A stretch of DNA of 62,550 nucleotides, counting the filler, from Dimorphilus gyrociliatus (taxonomy: Eukaryota; Animalia; Annelida), in assembly GCA_904063045.1 (NCBI GenBank). It is 3 parts of 3 records of this genome, joined end to end, with 100 filler letters (N's around TTAATTAATTAA, not from the genome) between each part and the next. Parts side by side here need not be neighbours in the genome. Positions count along the whole stretch, not along the records: positions 1 to 22,725 come from CAJFCJ010000161.1; positions 22,826 to 48,030 come from CAJFCJ010000162.1; 1 more part is not named here. The stretch is one strand, 5' to 3'. Position 1 is the first letter of the stretch. Each line of letters begins with the position of its first letter. A program made the position numbers and the translations under genes. Of the stretch, positions 13,439 through 24,661 are shown in pieces. The notes beneath the pieces were generated by a model. The model saw only the letters and a program-made list of their open reading frames with translations. It ran no database searches and was not told where the DNA came from.

Positions 13439-15389
13439 ATGGCACCAATTTGTTACATTTGTGAAGAGAGAATATATGGAAGACAAAATCAAGAGAAATG
13501 TCAGCTTTGCTGTCATTTATTTAAAATACATAAAAAATGTTTGGATTATAAAGGTTTGTTTAAGTTTTTTGTCACTATCCTTCCTTACAAATATGTTTTT
13601 ATATTTTTTCACAGATCAATCATTTTATTGTAACATTTGCTGTGACATATCAATGAAGAAATGCATTGTTGCACTTCAAAGGCTACCTTCTAGTGCATCT
13701 GCTAATGAAGAAATAAGACAAACACCAAATTTTGATACAGCAAATAATAGAAATGAGCAAACTATTGTTTGTGAAAATCATTGTGGAAATTCAAGTGGAA
13801 ATGATACAAATGCCAGTATTATGGAATCACACAATGTTTTAGTTGAAGATCTTCCAGCTCAGCAAAATAATATGATGGAAGTTTCATTTATAGTTTCTCC
13901 AAAATCAGATTGTGAGAAAGAAAGTTATTCATTTAAAATCTTAAAGGGAATGAGCCAGAAAGGAAAAGATTTGTTACTTTTCAACAATTTCTGCTACAAT
14001 ATTAAAGAAAAAAGAAACAAGACAACATTCTGGATATGCAGTGTTAGGAACAAAAGAAACAAATGTTCAGCAACAGTTAGTCAGCATGGGAACAGTTTTT
14101 ATCCTGGAAAGTTATCCCATTCTCATGAAAGAGTACCTGATTTGGAACAAAAAATAATGATTAGGAATGAACTAAAAAATGCTTGTAATAAAGATATCAG
14201 TAGTTCAAGAAAACGTTTAGCTGAAGATGTTCTGGTGAAACATTGTAGTTCTGGTGAAGTTATTCCATCTCTAGATAATTGTACAAGACTGGCAAACTGG
14301 ACAAGAAAGAAGTTTAGACCAGCTGAACCTCAAAGTATTCACTTCAACTTGGCTAAAACTTTTATTCCTGATGATTTTTTACAAATGGATATACAAATGG
14401 AGAATGATAGAATACTAATATTTTCAACTACAAAGCAAATTGAATTATTATCTAAAGGCAAAATATGGTTTATGGATGGCACATTTAAATGTGTGAAAGA
14501 CCCTTTTTATCAACTTTTTTCTATTCATGGATTTATAAAAAAAAATGGAGAAATAAAACAAATTCCAATGGCTTTTGCTTTTATGGGATCTAAGAGAAAG
14601 ACAGCCTACAAGAAATTATTTAAGGTACAATAATTTTGCATTTTAAATTGAATAATCTAATTTGTTAAATTAACAGGCAATACAAGATTTAACAAATGGG
14701 CATAGCCCCAAAAAAGTTGTTGTAGACTTTGAAAAAGCTATTTGGAAAGCACTATCATTCACTTATCCTGAAGCAAACATTAAAGGGTGTGTTTTTCACT
14801 GGACACAGGCAATATACAGAAAGATTCAAGTAATACTTTAATTTAATATTTGAGGTCTAGATAGAACTGACATATTTATTTCCAGGAATTAGGATTATGT
14901 AAGATGTACAAGGAGAAAAAAGCTGAATATAGAATCATGAAGAAATTAATGGCATTACCATTCCTGCCCTCTGATCTGATAGAACCAACATTTAAGACTA
15001 TTAAAGAAATAAGTCCTATTGAAATGAAGTCTCTATTGGAGTACATTGAGACACAATGGATAAATGGATTTTATAAACCAGAGGTATGGTCTGTTTATGG
15101 TGAGGCTATAAGGACAAATAATGATCTTGAAGGATGGCATCACAGGCTTAACAAGAATCTTTGCTCTAACACTGCATTCTATTTGCTTTTAGATGAACTG
15201 AAAAGAGAAGCTGATCTGATAAAGCTATATAAAAAATTACTGAGTGAAAAGAAAATTTGTAGACAGCAAAGAAAAGCATATCAGAATATTCAGAGCAAAA
15301 TATTCAGCTTATGGGAACAATTTGAAATTGCCTCAATTACCTCCCTGGACTTACTTGATAAAGCTTCTGACATTTATTCACCAGTTTAA
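13439..15389 (+). CDS. MULE transposase with N-terminal PHD-like finger and FLYWCH domain; 4 exons (13439-13553, 13615-14624, 14677-14829, 14886-15389)
   Basis: GT-AG introns of 61, 52 and 56 nt keep the frame open. PHD-like C..C/C..C/H..C/C..C spans intron 1. FLYWCH motif (LLLFNNFCY..FWICS..C..HSH) and MULE motifs WFMDGTF, VVVDFEKAI, GCVFHWTQA and RTNNDLEGWH are present. Confidence 0.88.
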
Positions 15390-15571
15390 AATACCTTTAT
15401 TCTTTAATGTTGTTACACTGTTGTCAATCATTCTTGTTATATTGCTTCTTTTTACTTAATCAATATATTAATATTTAAATATTTGTAATTCTTATTATTC
15501 ATTTTTTCCTGTCAAATTGCTCTAAAAACTCCATCTATCAAATATCTTATATCTTACTTTGAAGTTTTATA

Positions 15572-15658
15572 ATGGATGTTTTCTCCAGTGGACGTTTTCT
15601 CCAAGCAGTGGACGTTTTCTCCAAACAGTGGACGTTTTCTCCAGTGGACGTTTTCTCC
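15572..15658 (-). repeat. Right TIR subrepeat array (5 inverted units)
   Basis: AGTGGACGTTTTCTCC units are the reverse complement of the left array. Confidence 0.95.
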
Positions 15659-16964
15659 TGTACCCGGTCAGCTCATTGCTGTTCACCCTTAAGGGATAGA
15701 CATTTAAAGTAATTGTAAAAAAGACAGTCATTGAAAGCATAGTTTAATACATTATTCCTACTTTGGATTTGTTATGGCCTGCTCTGGGTAAGATTTCACT
15801 CAATATTTATATGTTGATTCAAAGATTGAAGATTTACTCTAAGAAGGTTTTAACAAAACTTGTAGTTTTCCATAGTTTAAGCTAGTAAAAAGTTACTTGA
15901 TTGTTTTGGAGGTCTAGGAAAAACAATGGGATTTCTTAATCATGAAAACAATTTCAAAGTGTCTGGGTCATTCATATTGCTGTAAATCCAGGATCATGCT
16001 ATGTACTAAAAGGTAACAGACAAAAAAAAATAATATAATATCATTAAATGCATCATACATACATCATGTGATTACTTCTAGATTTACAGAAAAAATTCTT
16101 TCATAGCACAACCAATTTTGAAAAAAGGATGCCTCATTTACAAGTCATATGTATATGTAAGATGATCAATGTGAAAAATTGATCCTCTGCTTTGAGCTAC
16201 CAAATAATTTTAGCATGCAGATTTATTGACAAACTTGCGCTAAATCAACCTTACCGGCTACATCTATATTGAAAAAAGTGTCCTATTAATCCCCATGTCA
16301 TAAATCTTTTTATCATTCTCCATCTTGAATGTGTGGATTGATAGATTGATGCATGTAGATATAATGATATATCAATATTTAGACTTTAGATATAAAGGTA
16401 CATTAGAAAGACTTTTATTTTGTAAAGTAGAGCTTTTAGTACTTTAAAAAGAAATCTATTTCGTAGGAAATAGACTCTTTGACTTTAACAAATGGTGGCT
16501 ACTTGAAAATTAATAAAGGAATAAAGAACATGGAAAAGAAGCATGTCAAAGTTGTTACATCTTATTCAATGCTATATTCTGAAGATGCAGTCTTAGTTTG
16601 CAGTGGTACATCATGGCTACATGGACCTAATCTTAGGATTATATTTTATGTGTGAAATAACAGTCTTTCGTATTTTTGCTACATGAGAATTATGAAACTG
16701 CCACATTTCATATTTGCTGGTCAGCTCAGAAAATTGTGAACAAGCAAAGGCCAAAAAAGGCCAAGAGCTTCAACCTAACAAACAGAATATTTCCAAATAC
16801 TCCAATTATGTTTGATAGGGAACTTGACATATTCAAAAGCTTCCTGGCAGGAAAAAATGAATAATGAAAATTCCAAATATTTAAATATCAATATATTGAT
16901 TAAGTCAAATGAAACAGTTGTAACATTATTAATTGACAACAGTGCAATGACACTATACAACACA

Positions 16965-17165
16965 GATATATTAAATAAATGTCAGAAGTCTTATCAAGTA
17001 AATACAGGGAAATGATTGAAGCAATTTCCAATTGTTCCCATAAACTGAATAATTTGCTTTGAATATTGTGATATGCTTTTCTTTTCTGTCTTCAAATTTT
17101 CTAAACACTTCTTGTGAATCTTAAATACATGACAGCAAAGCTGGCACTTCTCATGATTTTGTTTT
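16965..17165 (-). mobile_element. Internally deleted relic of the same MULE family
   Basis: Minus strand carries a piece matching transposase exon 1 (NHEKCQLCCHVFKIHKKCL) joined directly to sequence matching the transposase 3' end at 15270-15385. Confidence 0.7.
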
Positions 17166-17739
17166 CCATTTATTGACTTTTTTCTATAATTTCAAATTTA
17201 GAGGAATTGCAAAATTTAATATAAGATGGCTTTTTTTTTCAAGTGAGTTTTCTTCAAAATCATTAACTTCAAAATTGGGATCACTCCCTACACTTAAGTT
17301 TGTAATATTAATAGAAGGATTATCAATGTCTATATCTACAATCATAATGAAATGGTATTTGATAATCATTTGTACTATTGTTATCACTGACATTTTCTGC
17401 AGTTTTATCAGCATATTGTATCACTTCTTATGATAATTATAATGGCAGATATTACATTTGAAACCAGTGTTATTTCATTTGATAATTTTTTTACAAATAT
17501 TACTTCAAGCCATACTTTTTTGCAAATTTCTTGATGTTTTGATACTAAAAATAAACTGATAAAGAAGAGTTTTTTTAAGAATGTTAGAATTTGATTTACA
17601 AATTTTAGGAATTAGTTTTAATTTTCCCTATTTTAATAAGAGTGAGTGAGTGAGTGCTTTGGTAAGTTGATAAATGATTGGAAAGGACAAATACTGCTCT
17701 GAAGAACGAGAAATTCCTACAATTACAATACAACAAAGT

Positions 17740-18635
17740 ACAGCATTAGAATGGGCTGAAATGTCATGACCCCATTTGAAAGTAATACTAGTCAAAGAGA
17801 CAATTATACTGATGATTTACATTTCAAAATTTTACCAAATGACAGTCAAAAATGAAAAGATCCTGTCATCCACAAAGAAAGTGTTCTGCAAGTATCAATC
17901 AAAAAAGAAACAATTTTGTAATTGGTAAAGTGAAACACAATCATTCACCATTGAAAAATGCAGAAGAGCAGATTATATTTAGAAAAGATACCAAAGAGAA
18001 CTGCCTTAGTGATAATAAATCATCTGGAAAAAGGATTACAGAAGACATTCTTTTAAAATATTCATATGGGAATTTACACAGGATTAGTAGAAGTAGCCAA
18101 CTATAACAGGTTAAAAAAATAGACCAGCTGAGCTTGATAATGTCAACTTTCAACTTGATTTGACTTTTATACCATAGGGATTTCTAAAGAAAGATATTTA
18201 TTTAAACAATCAAAGAATATTAGTATTTACAACTGATCCTCAGTTAAAACTTTTGTGTAAGGCTAAAATATGATATGTGGATAGTACTTTTAAAATTGCC
18301 AAGGATCCATTTCTCCAAATGTTCTCAATCCACTGATTCTTAAGGAAAAATGGAGAGTTGAAGCAAGTGCCATTGCTTTTTTCATTCTTATCTTTTAAAA
18401 AGAAAAAAGCTTATAAATTACTATTCAAGGTAAGTTATATTTTTAGATACTTAAATCAAAGATAATTTGTGCATTTAGGCTGTAAATGAATCAACTGGTG
18501 ACATCTCTGTTCAAAAAATTGTTTTGGACTATGAGAAGGCCATTTGGAAAAGTATTAGAGACACATGGCCAGATGTTACCATGGTTGGTTGTTCTTTTCA
18601 TTGGTCACAAGCCAGTTTTCAAAAAATTCAGGTTA
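17740..18635 (+). pseudogene. Decayed MULE/FLYWCH transposase of a related family
   Basis: Frameshifted remnants KCSASI..HNHSP, YVDSTFK..KDPFLQ, LKQVPL, DYEKAIW and GCSFHWSQA. Intron positions appear equivalent to the intact copy. Confidence 0.75.
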
Positions 18636-19089
18636 GGAATAATATTAATAAGTATAAAAATTGAAGAATGGCTCATGTTTAACTACTCCCTTTTTTCAAG
18701 GTAAATCTTAACTTTTCTTTTAAACTTTTCTTTTAAACATTTTATTTAGAATTAATGAATTTTCATTACTCAATATTTGAAAATTAGGGCACTAGTTTTA
18801 GCCTAACCAACCTCACATTAGTAAAAAGTCACTCAATTGAAAGTAATCTAATATTTTAGATAGTAAAATAAAACCTAGCAAGCATGTTCGACATAAAATT
18901 ACATTTGCTGTCTTTTGCTTGCATATTGTGCAGTTGAGATCAAGTTGACTTTCAGTGCTCATTTTCTTTTGGTAATTGAGTTGTTTCAATCTGTGATTTA
19001 ACAAAAACTAAAAAACAAAATTGAAACTGATGGGTTGATAGTACTAGAATGATTGATTCATTGTATAGTTTTTATTCATTATTGATAAG

Positions 19090-19600
19090 CTGGATCCATT
19101 TGAAGCGTACTTTATAACAAACAACTTAGATCATTTGCTGATCATTACTCATTCAACATTTTTTTTAATAGTTCCCTCCATTGTTTATGCATGTCTGCCA
19201 TTTGATTGGCAGTAGATCGATGCCATTCCAATAAAAAGAGAACGGTTTTCTCCTAAGGGAATTTTCTGATATCTTTATATAGGTAAAATAGGCCTATTTG
19301 ATTCTGGATCATAGAGATGAACCCAAGATTCATCCCCAGTAACCATCTCTTTCCTAAAAGTCTTCTTTTTCTACCATGTACCTAAGAAATAGTTCAGCAC
19401 AATGGCTCACCTTCACCTCCTGTTGATCCTCATTCAGATCATAGGAGATTCATTTGGACAAATTTTTCCTTGATCATCTTCCAAACAGCCTCTTGGCAAG
19501 TATCCAATTTTTTCGCAATTGCTCTCTGAAATGTAGTTTGATCTTCCCAACTGCTTCTCTATTTTGATCGGTTAGAGATATCTTTTGGCAACTAGATTTT
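19090..19600 (-). mobile_element. Mariner-type transposase fragment
   Basis: Minus strand near 19300-19345 reads VTGDESWVHLYDPE. Surrounding sequence has stops and frameshifts. Confidence 0.7.
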
Positions 19601-19619
19601 GGTAAGTCATAAAAACTGG

Positions 19620-19845
19620 ATGGGGGTGTGAACGTACCCATGGCGGGTTGAAGCCTACCTTAATATATCTGAAATTGAGTGTAATATCTGTGTTTTTTAT
19701 ATTCCCTAACCCTAAATTGGAGCCCCTCTAACAATAAATTCATTCTTTCAAAAAAAGAAAGAAATATTCAAACTAACCCTTTCCTAAAATGTTTTCATGG
19801 TTGGAAATATTTGCTAACAGGTACGTTCGCACCTGACCCCATAAA
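19620..19845. mobile_element. Small MITE-like element with imperfect terminal inverted repeats
   Basis: GGTGTGAACGTACC (~19625) versus GGTACGTTCGCACC (~19820), with an internal ccctaaccctaa motif. Confidence 0.45.
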
Positions 19846-20369
19846 AACTATTTCTTTCTTTTTTTATGCACATACCCACCTTCTTACCAAACCTTCACTC
19901 AGAGTTTCATCACCAAAATAGCATTTTAACTGTATATAAATATTCTTTGAAGAGGCCTTGCAGTTGCTAGTGCCAAAATTATTTTGTATTGGCTTGGCAA
20001 AATAGAATGAAAGTTTACAGATTAAGTAACACTGGTGGAAAGTATCAATAGTATTAGTTAGGCCATTTTAAAATATGTATAATATGGTAATCATACATGA
20101 TATATAATATTGACTATGTGACATATTACAACTATAGCTTGAGTAATAATTTGTACTTTTCATGAATTCATTAATTGTAACTATTGATAAAATTTTTGTC
20201 TTTTGTTTTCTTTCATTTATAATTTGAAAAGTCAATTGTGTTTGTAATTTTAAAAAATGATAAGTAGTTGTAAAATATTTAAAAAACAAAAATATAAGCA
20301 AAGTAATAATTAAAAATATCTGGTAATAAAATTATTATTTTATGAAATTTTATGACAAAGGAATTGTGT

Positions 20370-21216
20370 CTATAAATCTGGAAAAGTCTTACCAGTTTCT
20401 ATGGTACAGCCAGTTTTAATGTAATAGTAATTACCTCCACTTGAATAAGAATTATCTCTTGATTTTAGAATACACTGTTTAGATCCACTATAAAAAATAA
20501 TTACTCTACAAACAAAATGAGAGAGTTACATTTTAATATTCCAGTTTTGGTATTTAAATCTCTTTATAGGGACTCACCTACAATTTTCGTATTTATCACA
20601 AAGTCTTTGACATTCATCAAGTTCAATGGTTTTTGAACCTGAACCCCATTCTGGCATAGAAAAACTATTACCATCTCTTTGTTTTCTATGAGTAACATAG
20701 TGATAAGTACACTCTGCAAAAAAAAAGATTAGAAATGATAGTTTGCGAAAAACAAACAACAATTTACATACCAATTTTACCAATACTTTTTAAATAGAAA
20801 TCATAAGAGCTCTCTGAAATTTTTGGCTGAGTTCCAATTTGCTTCTTATTCATATGGCATTTTCCACTTGGTTTATTAAAGCTAAATGATCTGTACAATG
20901 TTTTCTTAGCTTAAATAAATCAATATTGCAATTATCTTACCCGCAATTATCATATTTTGAGCATAAAAATTCACAATATTCTCTCTTTTCAATTTTTTCA
21001 AATGAATTCCATTCAGGTACCACAAAATCATCACCACTTCCAGTAAAATTTACAAACTTTTTATAATAAAAGTCTAAAACACAACAAAAATAAATTAATA
21101 ATGAACTGTTTTAGGAAAAATTAACAAAAGCTTTTAAATGGTTTACCAGCTGAGAATATATTTTCAATATTTGTAAGAATTAGTAGAAGAATTTGAAATT
21201 TGATGATATCACCCAT
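20370..21216 (-). CDS. Multi-exon secreted protein with two PAN/apple-like domains; 3' end uncertain
   Basis: Signal exon MGDIIKFQILLLILTNIENIFSA followed by GT. Two related repeats, VVPEW..REYCEFLCSKYDNC and SMPEW..LDECQRLCDKYENC, each end at a GT donor and continue into segments such as FSFNKPSGKCHM and YSGSKQCILK. Confidence 0.55.
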
Positions 21217-21924
21217 CTTCCTTCAAGCTTTGTAAGTTTTAAAATAAGAAAGCCAGTTTTATATTCAATCATATATTTTTCAAAATTAAACAATCTATCA
21301 TGTATGTTTGTCTCATATCATTAAATTATTTAGGTTGGATTCATTACTGATCTGACAGGTAAATAAATTATTTATACATTGTTTCAAATCGTTTTACCTT
21401 TTTGTTGTCTATAGAGATGTTCATATGGACATGAGGCAATTTACTATACTTTATGAAATATGTAAAATATAAGTCAATTCTAAATTTTAAAAATTCACCT
21501 TGATACCTATGAAACAAACATATTTCTCTACATGATTGAAAATATTTTTATTCTAAAAAATGACTTTCAATTCATATTCAATGTAAGATGGCTCTCTCTA
21601 CCATAAAAGAATTAAGAATTAATTTGACTATTGTTGAAATATCTCTTTATTGAAATAGTGATTTTAAACCTAGGCCAATAAAATTTCTTATTTTTAACTA
21701 GAGAGAAGCTTTAATGAACAGGATTTTTTTTATCTAAAATTCTTTTTAGGTTTTCTTCTATTTCTTTTAAATTTTTCATTGAGAAAATTTTACAAGTCTC
21801 AAGCTTGCTATTCAAACATGAAGAACATAATCCTTGGATATTGTCTGTTTGGCAATAGACATCTGATTTGTTTCCATGATGTTTGCATAGATTTTTTCAA
21901 ATAATGTATAAATTCCAATTTGAC

Positions 21925-22725
21925 TCAATAATTTATGGCATATCCTTTCTTTTGGATGACATGAGAGCATCTCTTTTTTATGGAGCTATATAAATTTTTT
22001 ATACAGTATAGTCTTCAGAAATTGAAAAATATTTCTCCTCTATGATAGCCTTCAAATCCTCTAGATTTTTTGGAATTCTCTTGTAAACTCTCTGTTTGAG
22101 CACTGCCCAGAGATTCTCTATAATGTTCAAGTCTGGACTTTGTGCTGGCCAATCTTTTAAATATTTTATTTTGTTTTTTCTCAAAAAAGATTTAGACACT
22201 TTTGAGGTGTGGCATTGTGCCCCATCTTGTTGGAAGATGTTCTCCCTTTTATAGATAGGCAGTAGATGCTCTTTCAAAGTTGAGATATATTTCTCTGAGT
22301 CTATTGAATCAGAGCAATATGCTAGAGCTCTGGAACCATCATATTTGATGGCTCCCCAGATCATCAGCTTACCTGTCTTGAATTTTGAAACTGTTCCTTG
22401 TATTTCTTGGCTTGTCCTTATGCTCCCATTTACATCTGAATCTGACTCTTTGTTTAGGATAAAGGTCAAAAGTTGTTTCGTCAGAAAAAATATTGTTCTC
22501 AAGCTCATCCTCCTTTTTTTAAGGGTTCTTTTAGCAAAAAGAATTCTCTTTTTTCGATTCCCCAATTTTGTTAAAGGTTTTACTTTTGCCACATAGCTTT
22601 TTAATCCATAATGAAATAGAATCTTCTTAGCAGATGATAAACTCACCTTATCTGCCATGGCCCATTGGCTATAAGCTTGTCTGGCTGTATAGAAGGGATT
22701 CTTTTTTTGAATCACAATAAGATTT
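21925..22725 (-). mobile_element. Tc1-family transposase, frameshifted and cut by the contig end
   Basis: Motifs YVAKVKPL, MIWGAI, FQQDGAQCH and WPAQSPDLNIIENLW. Confidence 0.85.
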
Positions 22726-22825
22726 NNNNNNNNNNNNNNNNNNNNNNNNNNNNNNNNNNNNNNNNNNNNTTAATTAATTAANNNNNNNNNNNNNNNNNNN
22801 NNNNNNNNNNNNNNNNNNNNNNNNN
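22726..22825. other. Artificial contig-concatenation spacer
   Basis: 44 N + TTAATTAATTAA (stop codons in all six frames) + 44 N. Confidence 0.95.
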
Positions 22826-23451
22826 CCTAACCCTAACCCTAACCTAACCCTAACCTAACCCTAACCCTAACCCTAACCCTAACCCTAACCTAACCTAACC
22901 CTAACCTAACCCTAACCTAACCTAACCTAACCCTAACCTAACCCTAACCTAACCTAACCTAACCCTAACCCTAACCCTAACCCTAACCCTAACCCTAACC
23001 CTAACCTAACCCTAACCTAACCCTAACCCTAACCTAACCCTAACCCTAACCTAACCCTAACCCTAACCTAACCCTAACCTAACCTAACCCTAACCTAACC
23101 CTACCCTAACCCTAACCCTAACCCTAACCCTAACCCTAACCCTAACCCTAACCCTAACCTAACCCTAACCTAACCCTAACCCTAACCTAACCTAACCCTA
23201 ACCCTAACCCTAACCTAACCTAACCCTAACCCTAACCCTAACCTAACCCTAACCCTAACCCTAAACCTAACCCTAACCTAACCCTAACCCTAACCCTAAC
23301 CCTAACCTAACCTAACCCTAACCCTAACCCTAACCCCTAACCCTAACCTAACCCTAACCCTAACCCTAACCTAACCCTAACCTAACCCTAACCCTAACCT
23401 AACCCTAACCCTAACCTAACCCTAACCTAACCCTAACCCTAACCCTAACCC
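22826..23451 (+). repeat. Telomeric repeat array (CCCTAA mixed with CCTAA), left chromosome-end orientation
   Basis: About 625 bp of pure C-strand repeats at the start of the contig. Confidence 0.95.
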
Positions 23452-23787
23452 TTTAAAGTTTAAAATAAAAAGTTGATGAAAAAGAAAAAATTTAATTGTT
23501 ATTGAATAAGACTAAGAGTTTGACAGAGCACTGAAGCACCAAGGAGCTCAGACATAGAGAACTCCTACCTATTGGAAAATTGGTAGAACCCTGGAACACC
23601 AACTAACCAGTTCCCAAAACCTGACTAAGACTGGGAGCCCAGATCTATAATCCTGACCAAGGAGAACCCCTACCTAACATTGAGTAAAAGTTAGGTATTA
23701 CACTGGAACACTAGCTAACCAGTTCCCAAAAACATTACCAGAGTTGTGTGAGTGGCCTAACCCATAACCCTTACCAAACCCTAACCT
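23452..23787 (+). repeat. 5' pLTR (5'-truncated) ending in telomere-like tail
   Basis: Apparently identical to 28655-28987 and 29060-29390. Ends CCTAACCCATAACCCTTACCAAACCCTAACC and contains two internal CTGGAAC..CCAGTTCCC repeats. Confidence 0.9.
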
Positions 23788-23807
23788 ACCCAGTACAGAC
23801 TTTGGCA

Positions 23808-24590
23808 ATGGACCCTAAACAAAACCAAGCTCCTAGAAGAACAAAAAAAACAGGAAGAAAGACACCCTACTCCAGAGCTCCAGACAAACCCAGATGGGTA
23901 CAAGTCACAAAGAGCCAGACTGCACCTGATGCAAATGGTTTTAAAGGTTCTCTAAGTGACAAGGAAAAAGCCCTGACTAGAGCTATGAGTAAAACTTACA
24001 GTTCTATTCACCAGATTGAGAGACTTAAGGAATATAACCCTTGGACCAAAAAGGCCATGGATATGATGGACTCAATTAGAATCACAGGAGGTCCCATTAC
24101 TGGGGAAAGACTCAACCAACTACATGAAATAGCCAATACTTGTGCTAGAGAAACAAATAGAGTGGTGCTGGAGGAGCTCAATGAGAGGCTCTCTAAAATG
24201 AGGGACAAGATAAAAAATGATCAGCAAAATTACAATCAATCAGAGGTTAAGAAAGCTATTGAAGTAGCTAAAACCAGATCGATACAAAAATATGGCAAAA
24301 AGATTAATTGGGCCCAACTTAAAGAAAGTGTATACTTGGTTACCAAAAATCTAAAAGCTCCCTTAGATGACTCTTTCAATAGAGAGCTCCATGAAAATTT
24401 CAAAGAGCTCCCTACCATACAGAGATCCAAGAAACCAGCAGACAAAACCAGACACAAAGAACCTTACAAGAACTCTAAGGATGAAATCTCAGAACTAAGA
24501 AAGGAATTGGCAATCATGACTGTCTTATTTAAAGGAATTACAGAGAAAATGAGTGCTGATGAGGAGACTATGGACCAGGGAAACTCCTAA
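23808..24590 (+). CDS. PLE ORF1, basic and coiled-coil protein (260 aa)
   Basis: First ATG at 23808. Basic N-terminus with heptad-like segments (EELNERLSKMRDKIKND, DEISELRKELAIM). Also present in the second copy. Confidence 0.8.
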   Translation: MDPKQNQAPRRTKKTGRKTPYSRAPDKPRWVQVTKSQTAPDANGFKGSLSDKEKALTRAMSKTYSSIHQIERLKEYNPWTKKAMDMMDSIRITGGPITGERLNQLHEIANTCARETNRVVLEELNERLSKMRDKIKNDQQNYNQSEVKKAIEVAKTRSIQKYGKKINWAQLKESVYLVTKNLKAPLDDSFNRELHENFKELPTIQRSKKPADKTRHKEPYKNSKDEISELRKELAIMTVLFKGITEKMSADEETMDQGNS

Positions 24591-24661
24591 CTCTTCAAGC
24601 ACAACAGCATAACAATTATAATGTTTTTAAACATGTTTTTATCAATAAAACAGAACCAAGT

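Larger units (their letters stand above)
12882..15665 (+). mobile_element. Intact Mutator-like (MULE) DNA transposon, 2784 bp
   Basis: 9-bp direct duplication GGTCAGCTC at 12873-12881 and 15666-15674. TIRs are built from the 16-bp subrepeat GGAGAAAACGTCCACT. Contains a transposase gene. Confidence 0.92.

Noticed and set aside
22726-22825. Biological link between the Tc1 fragment and the telomere
   Set aside because: They are separated by the concatenation spacer, so adjacency is not meaningful.
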